A stretch of 49,691 nt of DNA, counting the filler, from Bipalium vagum (lineage: Eukaryota), in NCBI GenBank assembly GCA_037834085.1. It is 3 parts of 3 records of this genome, joined end to end, with 100 filler letters (N's around TTAATTAATTAA, not from the genome) between each part and the next. Parts side by side here need not be neighbours in the genome. Positions count along the whole stretch, not along the records: positions 1 to 15,705 come from JBBMKC010143406.1; 2 more parts are not named here. One strand, written 5' to 3'. The notes beneath the pieces were generated by a model. It made no database searches, was not told the origin of the DNA, and was given only the letters and a program-made list of their open reading frames with translations. Made by a program: the position numbers and the translations under genes. Positions 1 through 12,619 of this stretch are shown one piece after another. Position 1 is the stretch's first letter. The number at the start of each line of letters is the position of its first letter.

Positions 1-1659
1 AGGCGGTTTATAGAAAAACCTTGGCGAGACAATAATTTATTTAGTGTACATTTCCATTATATATTTCTGAATATTTTCTATATATTTTGAATATTTTTCT
101 ATATATTTCTGCATAACCCTGTAAAAGTACTTAGGCACGTAAGAATTAAAAAAATTCTACAATCTGTTTAAATATTCACAAATATCAAATATGTTATTAG
201 CATAATAAAAATGAAAGAATTTTTATTATATATACAGGATGTGTATAAAGAAAAGATCCGATTTTAAAATCTAATACCGTAAAGTATATTCAACAGAATA
301 GTACAGATTTAGTAGCAACACTAATGATTTTTAATTAATTCAGTTAATCAAATACATTTGTAACTTACTCTTCACAGGCAAATGTTAGTTGCTTAGACCA
401 ATATGTGGGAGAATAAGGAAGATGAGATAACAAGCCTTGGATTTACTAAGCTTAAACATCTAGAGAAACGTGTGATATGGTGTTGGCCTGATAAGAATCA
501 TATTATAAAAACCAAGATAAATCATGCTTTTGCAATCATAGGTTTTCATAATTTTCAACATTATCAGTACCAAATTGGTCTGGTACCATTTTTTGTTTTT
601 CGTTATATTGAAATTCCAGAGATTTTTCAGGTCATACCAATTTTGATTTTCGAATAATTTAATTCCAGAAGCTCTCCAATAATTTTTATGTAAAATATCA
701 CTATTTTACTTTTTTTTAAAAAGTATATATATATTTTTCAGATCTTCTTAAGATCCAGTTGTATTTGATAAATACTCATCTTTCCAATTCTCAACTTTAA
801 TTGGTGAATGAGTCGATTCAGATCTGAGTCAGCAATTGAGAAAAATAATGCGGGTTAATGAGTTTTAAAAAACCTATAAAACTGAACCCAAAATATTTAT
901 ATTCCTTAACGCCCTTGTGATTTATTACAAATAATTAAAATAACTAATGGTAATGTCGTGATGATTTAATTTTTAATCACAAATACTCCATTTATAACAA
1001 TTAATTATAAAAAAATAATATTCCTATCACTTCCAAGTAAGTGGAGAGGTTCGCTGATAAGAGATCAGTTTCTGATGGGCAATTACGCGGAGCTTCAAGA
1101 AAAAGGAAGACTAGAAATTAACAAAAAAGACCCAAAAATAAATAATTTTTTGATTTGTTGACGATCGTGAATACACCAATCCTCAAAGATTTATTTTAAT
1201 ATTATTACATTTATTTGTCGCTGTTTATAGTCATAATAATAAAGTAATTATAATTTTTATCAAAAAATCAAAGGTAATCTTTTTTTTGAAAATTGAATAA
1301 AAAATATATAAAAAGAACAAATATGGAAATAAGATAAATAATAAACAAAATCAAATAAAAAATATCAACTGAATTCAATTTTTCTCCTCGGTATGCTGCG
1401 GCATTAAAAATTCCTAATTCAAACTCAAATCCGACATTTATTGATTTAATAATTGAGGAGCGCTGTAATCTTACTTAATATTTCCGGATTATCCTTTGAC
1501 AATGTTCTCTTCGTTCTCCATATCACAGCAGATCAGGTTGTAGAGATCCAATTCATAGTTCTGTCGTCTCTATCATCATCACCAAATCTCCTTTGACTCT
1601 AAAATTAACAAATGTAACTCTCTCAATTTTTATATTTTATTAAAACTTACTAGATAACA

Positions 1660-2050
1660 AAGAAAATTAATGGGGGCATATGAAGACGATCCATTAAAAA
1701 ATATATCAAAAAACAGATCATTTTGATGTAAAGTTGAATGGTCTTCACTACGGTCCTATCTCAATCTCTGATCTTTTATTTATAAAATCTTTATAAAAAT
1801 TGAGGTTTACAAAACTTGATGTGATGCTCTTGAAAAATTAAAAGACGATACTCCCTAAAAGGTTGCAGAAAAATTCTACAATGACTCTTTAAGTGAATAA
1901 TATTCCGTTGATAAATATAAAGTGATAAATATTCCGTTGTCATATTATGATATAATAATTATGCATTTTAAGGATTTAATTTTTAAAGGTTCTTTTTAAG
2001 GGTTCTTAATTTATTTAAATGGGGCCCAAAAAAATCTCGTTTTGTGATAT
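1660..2050 (+). mobile_element. Heavily decayed Tc1/mariner-superfamily transposase 3' remnant
   Basis: VEWSSLRSYLNL*SF...IEVYK...LEKLKDD resembles WPPRSPDLxPLDF..VY..LEELK. Confidence 0.35.
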
Positions 2051-2204
2051 TGTGAAATATGTTGGTTTCATCTGTCGTATTTATCTGTTATGAAGAAATT
2101 TATAAATTATAAAGTTTAATTAAATACTAACTTAAACTTACTTAGTTAATCTTCAATTATTATATTCAAATAATCTATTGATTTCAGATTATATATTAGA
2201 ACCT

Positions 2205-2393
2205 ATGAATATCAACTTCGACCAGCATAATTATTTTGTTTCAACGTTGGTATACAGTTGCTATGGTGCAGCTGAAATGCACCGCTTGATTACCATGAAA
2301 TGGGGAGATGGATGCATTACTCTGAGAAAAATCCAGCAGTTATCTAAGAAATTTGGACAAGAAGATCGTATTGTATGTAAAAATAAAATCTGA
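2205..2393 (+). mobile_element. Mariner-type transposase N-terminal HTH fragment
   Basis: GAAEMHRLITMKWGDGCITLRKIQQLSKKF matches the mariner first-HTH pattern (AxEIHxxL..xGD..xSxRTVQxW..xF). Confidence 0.5.
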
Positions 2394-4009
2394 ATTATAT
2401 TTTTAAAATATATTATTATTACTATTTAATGGATTTCTATTGCACCATGCTACCCTATCACACCTTAAACCGAAATTATATTATAGTTTTAGTAATATTT
2501 TAGGCATTTATAAAACATGTAATGAAAGACAAACCGAAAATCATAATCATAATTAATCAGTAATGCTATTGTATGTTTATTACAATCCTATACCATAATA
2601 ATAATCGTTCTTAAGCACAATAATAATAATAATAATAATAATATAACATATATAAATAAACTAATCATTATTAAAGCAATGGATAGACCTTGGTATAATC
2701 TCAATTTTTTTTAATATTTAAGAAATATGCTTTCGGAACAGTTGATACATCAAAATATTGTTACGAAATAACTTTTTCAAAATTTTGCTAATATCAAATA
2801 TTTTGCTGTCATCTGAAATAAATAATAACCTTTTAACAGGTCTTATAAATATTCAAACAAAATTAAGCATGTTATAATAAAGTATAAAAGTATTACACAA
2901 TGCCCATTAGTTTTGGTGGTAGAAGTTAATGCTTAATTTATTAGAACGATATTTAGAAAAATTTCATGTGATATATTAATTACTTAATATAAGTTGTTAC
3001 TTTAAAAATAATAAGAATAAAAACAACCTCATTGCGTCTTTTGTGATAAAGCTTATGGTGTATGAAATAGTCTTTAAGTAATGATATAGGTGGCCTTATT
3101 TCGTAATTTTATCTAATGTTTGTAACCATTAAGTATCTGTCAATGTGTAATAAATTATGAGGAGGTGACTTTATTACGAACACATTAAACCTTAAAAGGT
3201 TCTAATCTATCATCAATGCTTTTATGAGATTAATTTATTTCAATGATAACATAAGAAATTATAACGGGTCTCCGATCTCATACCTGAAATGTCGCATTCT
3301 CCATCACATAATGAATAAAACATCCATCAAACTTTCAATCAATCAGTTATAGAATGTTTATTACATACGTTTTGAACTTCTACGACCTGAAAATAGGGTC
3401 GAGGGTTTCATTATTCGTTGATTTCCTCCAATAAATACTTTGATTCTCGATTCCGATGATCTATAATCTTCAAATTTGACCCACAAACCTAACTTACTTA
3501 ACTAAGGGAACTCGTCAAAAATTTAGAAGAATCCTGAGAAAAAGAATTGAAGAGATTCATTTGTCTCTTCATTAATTATTTACTGAGTTGTTCCTGAAGA
3601 TTACTCTTTAAAATCACATTTAATTGAAATTTTCAACTGTACAAAGAGGCTAGAACATTAAAACTTTTATGGATATTTTATTGCATGTCTTGAAGATTTA
3701 CTCTTATTAGTGATAATTAAATGAAATCTTAGGGAATGACAGATTCCCTGAGAAAGATTGGATGTTCTTTTTAAAGCCCAGGTGATTATTGTTAATTATT
3801 GATCATATCAATGTTGAGATTAGGAAACTCAATATGTTGAAAGTGAAACATGAGAGAAACATTTCCATGTTGGAGAAACGAGAACATATTTTTATTTGGA
3901 TAAATATCTGATTGATAAACATGAATAAAACAGACTTAATTAAGAATAAAAATAGATCAACATGTTTTTGATTAATATACAATGATTTTATATAATCTAA
4001 CAAGACTAT

Positions 4010-5357
4010 TCAGTTTTGCTGCTCGTTTCTTCTAAGGGATTCAAACAACGCTTCTACGGTTTGTTGCCATGATTTCGAAGTGGTGCCATTCAATTTTGAG
4101 TCTTGATTGTCTTCAAGATATATCTTACAGGGATCTGTTGGAAAAGCGAGTTTGTTTGATATGGTGTTGTATGTTGGAGTAGGAAATGGCAGGGGTAGAT
4201 TTAAGTTCGGCCTAATATTCCAAAGATATCGTGAATAAATGGACGATAAATCATCATTAGCCGCAGGTTTCAATGCAGTGGTTGTGGAAAAGTCTTTGGT
4301 AAATGCCATCTCAATCGGTGGAATAAGCATGCTGGATCTTGGAGAATAGCTTGATATCATATTCGTGAAACTAGAATGCATTTGCCAGGGCGAAGTAGAG
4401 AATGGCAGCCGGTTTGGTCGTATCGTTGGCAACAAATAACTAATATGACCAGATCCCGATAGAGATAGCAGATTCTTTTCGTAATTATGGGATCCTAAAA
4501 TAAGGAATAATTAATTTAGATAAAAATAAATTCAATTTAAATTTTCTAATATTCTGATTTTTTTTTTAATTATGTAATCGTTTGACTTTTAATTATCCTG
4601 TCAATTGAATGGATACAATAATGAGTCTGAGAATCATTGTTGAAGATAATGGATGTTAATTGATCTGAACATTTGTTTTGTTTTAATTTTTCAGTAATCC
4701 CAAAAAATCAGATAGTTCATTAAAATTATCGATTTGATTTTAATGAAGTAAAATTGATTCATTGGCTGGAAACCTCGTTTTTCTTTTCAATATTTTTATT
4801 ATCATTAATTATTAATTATTTTCAAAATACTTGCCGGGCAAAAATGAGTCCATTGAACCATTGATTTGAATTTTTTCCTTTTTATACAATTGCTTTGGCT
4901 TTCGTCTGGGTCGATATTTGTAGTCAGGATGTTCTTTCATGTGAATGGCTCTCAGCCGTTTGGCCTCATCGATAAATGGTCGTTTTTGAGCATCAGTCAA
5001 CAGTTTCCATTCCGTTCCCAGTCGTTTACTAATTTCAGAATTGTGCATTTTCGGATTGATTTGTGCCATTTTTTTCCTCTGACCTCTACTCCAAACCATA
5101 AAAGCGTTCATTGGTCGTTTTACATGAGCCATTTTCGAAGTGTTATATCTCTTACAATTGGGAACTGGACAGTTATCTGGGTTTTGAATTGGTAAGTCAT
5201 CTTTCATTTTCTCCTTCGATTTCATATCGTCATTTTTGTCAAAATCTTCATTAAATTCAACATCGACGTAAGTGTCAACGGATTCATTCCAAAAAGTTTT
5301 TTGACTTTCACATCTGTCGCAGCTTTCATTGTCTTCAAGTTGAGTGGAAGAATTCAT
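4010..5357 (-). CDS. SoxB2: SoxB-group HMG-box transcription factor, SoxB2 (Sox14/Sox21)-like; 2 exons (5357-4835, 4494-4010), 335 aa
   Basis: Exon 1 encodes [43 protein letters not shown]...[34 protein letters not shown] and [11 protein letters not shown] mark group B Sox; RRKPK after the box is the B2-type form (B1 has RRKTK). A phase-1 splice from CCC G|GCAAGT (4834) to TTATTTTAG|GA TCC (4495) joins it in frame to the Pro/Ser-rich ORF ending at 4010 (523+485=1008 nt). Confidence 0.93.
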
Positions 5358-5422
5358 TGTTCATATATTTCTATAATAATTTTCAATTTTTATAGACTGC
5401 AATTTTTATAATTTGCAATTTG

Positions 5423-5472
5423 ATTGGTCTGCATCTTGATTAGTTGATTAATTAGCGGTCGAATCTGATTGG
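5423..5472 (-). promoter_or_regulatory. Candidate Sox promoter with two CCAAT boxes
   Basis: TGATTGG twice (ATTGG cores at 5423-5427 and 5468-5472, CCAATCA on the coding strand), 66-115 bp upstream of the ATG. Confidence 0.45.
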
Positions 5473-7069
5473 TTGAGTTTGTTATGGATTTTTTCTCTTA
5501 GAAAGGCAATATAAATTTATTAACTCATAGTATCTCCCAATGGATAATGTATGAAATTAGTAAACATTATTATTTTTTAATATTTTTCATTGTATATATC
5601 AAAATTTTGAAAATAGTACAAATCTAGAATTTGGAGAGCCCTTCTCATAAAGCATCACTTATTAATTACTTGAATACAATTCCTGATTTGTTCTTTAGGG
5701 ACTTTGATTATGTTGAAATCAAATTTACCTATAGTTCGAATCTCAACAATAGTTGTAGAATATGATTTGTTAAAACATATAGAAAAATTCAATTATCTTA
5801 AATATGTAACATAATTTCAAAGACCACTTGAGATATGTTATTCATTTTTCCTAGACAATTTGTTTTAAATTGATTTTTGTGAAACTAATTCTTGTGAAAA
5901 ATAAATATTTGATGAGGGTTCTTGAATTTTATCCTATAAATTGCAATTTCAAAACTTGCATGATTTGAAAAATAGATGAATTGTCGTTCTCATTATCATT
6001 TTCTATTGTCAAACGATTTTTTGCATCTTTTAAGAGAAGATTTTCAATTCTGTCTTACGACAAGAATTCAATAAAATATCTCTTTTAAATAAATATATAC
6101 AATGATTGACAAGGCTTGCGTTCACCAATGTTGTCAAAATTGATCAAAAATCATTTTAAATTCTTTTTCACTTTAACTTTACTTTTTCGTGCAGCTCAAT
6201 TCATTGAATGGTCTAAGACTTTAGTGGTTCTGGTCATTTGTAAATGATCACTAATACATGTTTTGAGGTGACGACATGTCTCTCCTATATATAGGCTATT
6301 AAGCCCATGACATTTAAATTGGTATTACAGGTATCGCCGTTCTTTTAAAAATAATTCTACCTTTTCGGTGTGACTGAAATTTCTTTAATATTTTCTTATT
6401 CTTAGAACATGTTTTCTTTCAACCACAAATAACAAAAATATAACGAAAAATCTATCGTCAAGATCAGCAATCTTGCTTAATAGGTTATTTGAATATGATC
6501 AATTTTAAATAAGATTTTACCATAAATTTCCAAATATTAATTCTTGCTACTTACCAGAACCAAAATTCAGAGAAAGAGAACGGTGAAATAAATATCTAAA
6601 CAGAAAAGTTACATAGAACTTAGGGTATTTTTTAATATTATAAACATTGAAATATAAATAATATTAGATATTAATTACCGTTAATAAATTACCAATTAAA
6701 AACTACATACATACACTCCTCATACACACTGACTCGCATGCAGACTCAAACACTTGTTACTCTTTTGCGGAGGCAGTTCAAAAAATCTATTTTTTCCTGT
6801 ATGAAAATAGAAAAATTAATATCTAAGAAATATTAAAATAAAATCTAATAATAAAACGAGATTGGGACTGTGTTAAAGCTTTAATAAACTAATCTTTTAA
6901 TAGCCAACTATTAATTCTTTAATGATTACATTTCATCAATAAAATCCACACCGGCACTTTTTAGTGATATGAATTAATATGAGGGTAATCCTCAAGAACT
7001 CATTATCTATGATAATGGCCAATAGACAAAAATAATCGAAGGTCAGATGTGATAATAATAGCCATAATG

Positions 7070-7128
7070 GCAATAATAATAATACTAATAATAAACAATA
7101 ATAATAAACAATAATACTAACAATAATA

Positions 7129-7179
<51 letters not shown>

Positions 7180-7200
7180 TAATAAATAATAATAATAATA
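7070..7200. repeat. (AAT)n microsatellite, partly degenerate
   Basis: Direct reading; it produces the poly-Leu ORF 6936-7259. Confidence 0.95.
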
Positions 7201-9019
7201 AAATTTAAAAAAAAATAAAGAATAACAATAAGTGAAAAAACAATTAGAATTGAAATCATATCCTATTTTGCATATTCGGTGGGACATCATCGATTTTTCT
7301 AATTTTCAAAATTTTTACTTTCTCTTAAAAAATATTGACAGAAACCTGATTCTCATTTTTAAGACTGTTTCACGCAACTAAAAAAATAAAATTCAGATGA
7401 TGACAAATGATGAGAATAATATACACATTTCTTAACGTTCAATCCAATACCAAAATGAAGGTTACAAAGGTCATCCAAAGCAAATAAGATCTTTTTGTTT
7501 CATTGTCAAATAATCTCAGTTATTATTTTCCTGATTTCATATTCTGATTCAATGAAAGTCAGTCTCTGGTGTCTTTAGCTTAAATTTGTCTTGTTTTGAA
7601 ATTGTCTTCTCTTCTTTTTATTAAGAATGTTTAGTTGTAGTGGGATTTTCAGACCCAATTTTTGGGATAAAATATGATATTAATAATATTAATAGTAATA
7701 AAGTCATTGTCGGGGTTTTGTGAATGAAATACAAAAAAAATTATCTGACTCCTATAGGATCACTCAAACTACTAATCACTCAAAATAATCAATGAATAAA
7801 ACCAAGACTTGTTATTTTGTATATTTATAATACAAAGTTTCAGCAATCAGTGAATGTTTCAAATGACAATGAAGAATTCAATCTACACTAAGAAGAGTGT
7901 AGACGGTCTTGAAGAGAAAACAGCGAATCAAGTGAATAATTCACTGGACCGTGAATGAAAGAAAGAAGATAAGGAAAGCTTTATTTTTAACAAAGCTAGA
8001 AACGGTATTTTAATATGAAGGCAGAAAAGGTATTGATTAATTATATATTCACTTACCACGTAATAATCGTATTGGAATTTATAATGAAATTCTTTATTTG
8101 AATTTGTGATAAAATTCAATAAACACTGAATTCAGAATGTGTAATAAAACTCCCTCTTTTTATTTTAGTTATGATAAACTAAAATTTTTGGTTGAATTTA
8201 ATAAAAATTGGTTTTATATTACGCAAAAATGTATTTAGTAAAAACGAACCTCCTTCGAGGTGGATGTGCATTTCCACTATCTTTCGCTTGCGTTTTTTTA
8301 ACCTATTTTTCCATTGCACAGTGTACCTCAATCAACTTCATTCTTGCTCTTTAATCTGTTAATTTGATGTTGGATATATATTTTTTTGTGTATATATTGC
8401 ACTAAATTTTAAGTCGATCTAAAATGAGTGGTATAGTATTTTAATTACATCTGTTTTATCGATTCATTGCTTGATATGGTATACTGTATATCGGTTACCT
8501 TTTCAATCAATGTGTTTTTATCTCTACAGTACATCGTGTTATGTAGATACATCGTTTTGTAGACCCAAAATATTTATATCTATATGTTACTATCGTTTCT
8601 TTTAAATAAATCAAGAAACCATTCACACCCATTTATGTAATTAACCTATGACATTGGGGGTAATGCTGTTCCGATTTCTATCGACAGTCACTACAAGATT
8701 AAATCTAAAAACTTAGTCAACTGATCAGGATCCATGTGGTTTGATGTCATAAAGCCAAATATCATCTTGGTAATTTTGAGGATATTAGTGGAGCAGTTTA
8801 TACTCAGATTACTAAATTTCAGCACAACATTAACGTTATTCACAAAGCATATTTTTTGCCTTCACTAAATGCGATAACGAGCTATGTATATGATATATCA
8901 CGTCCTACAAACTTTCGAAAAATTCAATAAAACACAATTATAGGATACACACAGTTATAGGATACAAAGTTGATGAGACTGTAATATACATTGCGGCTCT
9001 TAAGTCATATTTTAATCTC

Positions 9020-9860
9020 AACGCTTAGCAATCAGGTATCGTCGATTTTGCTTTGGTTGGAAATTGTGACGAACCGATAGCATGTGAGTATATACAAGAA
9101 GTTCTTTAGATCTGGAGAACAAGTAGGGCACTCCATAACTCGAATATTATTAGCATTGTCTTGTTGAAAACTTAAGTTATGTCGTCTTAATTTCTTTAAA
9201 AATGGAATCAAACGTTTCTTTAATATACATTGGTATGTAGCACTGTCGAGCCGTGATGATATGAACTAAATGCTCCCTATATAATCACGGAGCCTCCACC
9301 AAAATTTCTTATCGAAAAGTATAATGGATCCTTTCTGAAATCCCTCAAATATCCGTAATAACCATCAGGGCCATATAGGTTAAATTTTTTCTCTTCACTG
9401 AAGACCACTTTGTTCCATTCAGTAGTCCAAGACATATGGTCTCGATCGTACTGCATACGTTCCATTTTGTGGGAACATTTTAGATTCGGGAAAGTCACCA
9501 TTTTCACACGGACAATGTTGGAATCATGATTTAAGGTTTTCGATATCGCTATCTTCAGGAAATTTAAGATCAGTGATCTCCCCATGTAATTGCAGCTGTT
9601 TCTGGTACCAGAAGCTATGTTTTTAACGTGTCTTTCGGATCAGGGAGATAATGCTTTTAGACTTTCTGTGGTCTTCTTTTGCAATATGTTGATGGCTTTG
9701 TCAAATAATGTGTAACTACCTTTTAATAGCAAATGAAAGATTTATCTTACAGATTATCAATTACCGTTAATGAAAGATTCAAGAGTGTTGCAATGGACGC
9801 CCTCTTACGTCACAAACTAATCATAGCATTTATTTCTCATCGTTCGTATTCGGTCAGTTT
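9020..9860 (-). mobile_element. Tc3-like (Tc1 family) transposase pseudogene
   Basis: WNKVVFSEEKKFNLYGPDGYYGYLRDFRKDPLYFSIRNFGGGSVI closely follows the C. elegans Tc3 motif (FSDEKKFNLDGPDG..WRDLRKEP..FSRRNFGGG). Downstream FQQDNA (~9155-9170) and CPTCSPDL (~9108-9135). Frameshifted. Confidence 0.88.
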
Positions 9861-9984
9861 GGATCATTTTAATTAATAATATTTAGATTTGATAAAATAA
9901 GAATGTGATTTAAAATTACTTGTTCCTCGGAAAATCTCTTATAATTTATGAATATCGAAAATCTAGATTATGCCAAAATATTTA

Positions 9985-10565
9985 CATTCTTGTGCAAATT
10001 AACTGAAATAAAACATTTTAAAAACAAAAATCTTATTCCTCTTACTACAAGCAGACAATTTTGAATTATCTACATATATTATGACACCATCATCGATAAA
10101 ATCATTAAGCAATTCAATATAACACTTTTTACAAAAAGTATTGTCTATTAACCTAAATTAATTGTAAGTCAATCGTGATTCAAAACCTATATTGCACTCA
10201 GCTAACGCACGTACCTTTACACGAACAGACATCAAAAACATTTCGAGAGATTGCTTCAATTGCTGGTGTGAGTCTTGCAACTGTCAGCCGTATCATCAAG
10301 TTGAAACAAGATACTGAATAGCTTTCTCCCAAACGCAAAGGCAGGTGTGGTCGTAAAAAGAAAACCCCTGAAAAAAATGATGCGTACTTACTGCGTCAAA
10401 GCAAAATTTCAAAAGTTACTTAAACATATAGGAGGTTATGTTCCTAACTGATGTGTTTGAATATAAAATTTTATGTAAAATACACTATGTTCAATTTTAG
10501 TTAAATAAAAAAATTCATTGTTAATATATTTTTATTTGCTGTTTCAATTAATTTGCACGAGGGTG
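9985..10565 (+). mobile_element. Internally deleted non-autonomous Tc1-like element with TIRs and TA target duplication
   Basis: Left TA|CATTCTTGTGCAAATTAACTGAAA pairs with right TTTCAATTAATTTGCACGAGGGTG|TA. The interior encodes the HTH KTFREIASIAGVSLATVSRIIKLKQDT..PKRKGRCGRKKKT; no catalytic domain. Confidence 0.85.
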
Positions 10566-10711
10566 TATGAATAATTATTTCAGCTAAATAAAAAATTTAA
10601 GTATATGTGATTTTATATAATGTAAATAATTTCCCAAGTGTTATAATGAGCAGAGAATAATTCACGGAGATATCATTAAATATTAAAATCTCTTATAATT
10701 TATGAATGCAC

Positions 10712-12160
10712 TGTAGTTGGTTCGACTCGCGGGAAAAGAGAAATGAATAAAGAAACTAACAAATAAATATTGACAATTTTATTGATAGATTTTAAAAATA
10801 ATTAAATTTTATTTGATTCCACGGGCGTCTTCAAAATTTTGTTCAAGTCTATCTTCTTAAACTCTTAAACTCTCTTCTCAAAGTCTTCTCAATTTCTCAT
10901 CAGATTTTCTAAAAATCTTTTTACTCACAAAACTTTTCTCAGACGTTTTTTGGCTCAGACAGCTTTGACAACCTATTAAATAGGAGGCTGCAGACCTCTG
11001 AATTGACAATCACTTTTTCCACTACTGTATAGCAACTCTAGATATTCACTATAATTGTCTTTTCTTCTGCCTCTTTTCAATGACTAATGTGAAAATCGAA
11101 TAATGATAAAAATTTCCTTATATGCTGCACCTGATTTTCTACCAAAACCATTTTTTCTGTCGATGGTCAAAATTTTAGGATAATTGGCCAAAATATTTTG
11201 CACTGTTGAGCAAGACAACTGAGAAATAGTTGTGTCTTGCAAGTACTTGTCCACTATTAATTTTTGAATATAAATTTCAGTAGTCGACTTTTTTATTAAC
11301 ATTAGTTTGATTAAATAAAAAGGTAACCAAATATTATTGGTATTCAAATATTAAATTCACATACCATAAATTTTCATAATATTGCAAGTACATAAAAATT
11401 ATAGAACGTGTTGGGTTTACCCAAGACATCTAACCAGTAAGTAATACCGAGAAGGACATCGAAAGAGATCCATGAAATAATAATAATAATAAAATAATTT
11501 AAAAGTTAATTAACTATAAAAAAGTAATAAAAAATAAGAAAAAGTAAATAATATTCTTATTTTAAAATTACTTAAAATATGAGAACAGCCCTTCGAAAGT
11601 AACTTTATTTTATAAGGGGTAATTTAAAATAATAATAGTAATTATAAAAGAAAGGAAAAGGTAGAAATGGAACTTTTAAGGAATTTTAGGGCTTTTGAAG
11701 ATTTTTTTAGGATTTTGAGATTATTTCAAGAATAATCTTCAAATCAAGGTCAACTTCAGAAAAAAGAATATAAGCAGAGAGATTACAGTAAAAGTTCGCG
11801 CTGGAAAAAAGTGTAAGAGTTAGGCAAGAGCAAAGATTTTTGAAAATTTCTTATTAACAAAGATTTTGCAGAGTTTCTATTGACGATTTGAAGAGTTTCA
11901 TCGATTATTGATAAGGAGTTCCTCTACCGAAGATTTATAGTAAAAAAAATTTACGAAGTATTTTCGTTTAATGTCATTAAAATGGTTCCCTTGCCATAAG
12001 ATTTTGAAGGAAGGAAAATGGATTTCTCTGAACAACTGTAAAGACTCAGCTGGTAGTTCGGGAAGCTTAAACGAATACAAACTGTAGGATTGTTTTTGTT
12101 TATTATTTTTCCTTAATAATAAACAAAAACAATAATAAAATTGATTCCTATTTATCATTT
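10712..12160. mobile_element. Possible decayed solo-LTR-like sequences (about 10712-11030 and 11408-12160)
   Basis: Blocks begin TGTAGTTGG and TGTTGGG, with TATA-like words followed by strongly strand-biased purine or pyrimidine tracts. No second copy or TSD was confirmed. Confidence 0.25.
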
Positions 12161-12384
12161 GGCAATTATTATTTTAGTATAATTTTTATCTTAGTATAAA
12201 CTTTGAAACAGCTGTAAGCGATATACGAGATAAGATCCAAACGAGTTATCAGAAAGTCAGTATGAAAAGCGCTTGAAAATCGGTAAAAACTTTTGCAAAA
12301 TCCTACAGATGACTCCTTTTGGCGTCGTATTGTTACTACAGATGACAAATAGATCAATTTTATTAATCAGAGGAAATACATATA

Positions 12385-12545
12385 TTAGATGTTACATGAC
12401 CAGCCTCTTACAATAAGTGTCCAAAAGAAGCGATTTGAAAAAGGGTAATAGTCAGTGTTTTGTGGAATTATGACGGTGTAATTAATTTTGAATTTGTACC
12501 ACATGGTCGTGCAGTGAATGCTGATCTTTATTATAAAATTTATAA
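12385..12545 (+). mobile_element. Mariner transposase internal fragment
   Basis: VIVSVLWNYDGVINFEFVPHGRAVNADLYY resembles the mariner VMLxVWWxxxGxIxxExLxxGxTxNAxxY segment. Confidence 0.65.
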
Positions 12546-12619
12546 AGAAAATATTAGGGTTTTCAAATTGAAAGTTCATTTTTTTTAAGAAAATTTAAAT
12601 TTAGTTATACAAATAACAA

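Noticed and set aside
1890-1940. Short tandem duplications (also 8938-8968, 34979-35015)
   Set aside because: Ordinary slippage-type duplications with two units only; not arrays or CRISPR.
3284-3386. Minus-strand segment between a good acceptor (TTTTCAG) and donor (CAG|GTATG) downstream of Sox
   Set aside because: Stops in all three frames; at most a UTR exon, unsupported.
4866-5195. Antisense ORF over the HMG box (also 23415-23839, 41317-41956, 49017-49642)
   Set aside because: Shadow ORFs opposite real coding or transposase sequence; no motifs of their own.
6936-7259. Hydrophobic poly-Leu ORF (and the poly-Tyr ORF at 18623-18895)
   Set aside because: Translations of (AAT)n microsatellites.
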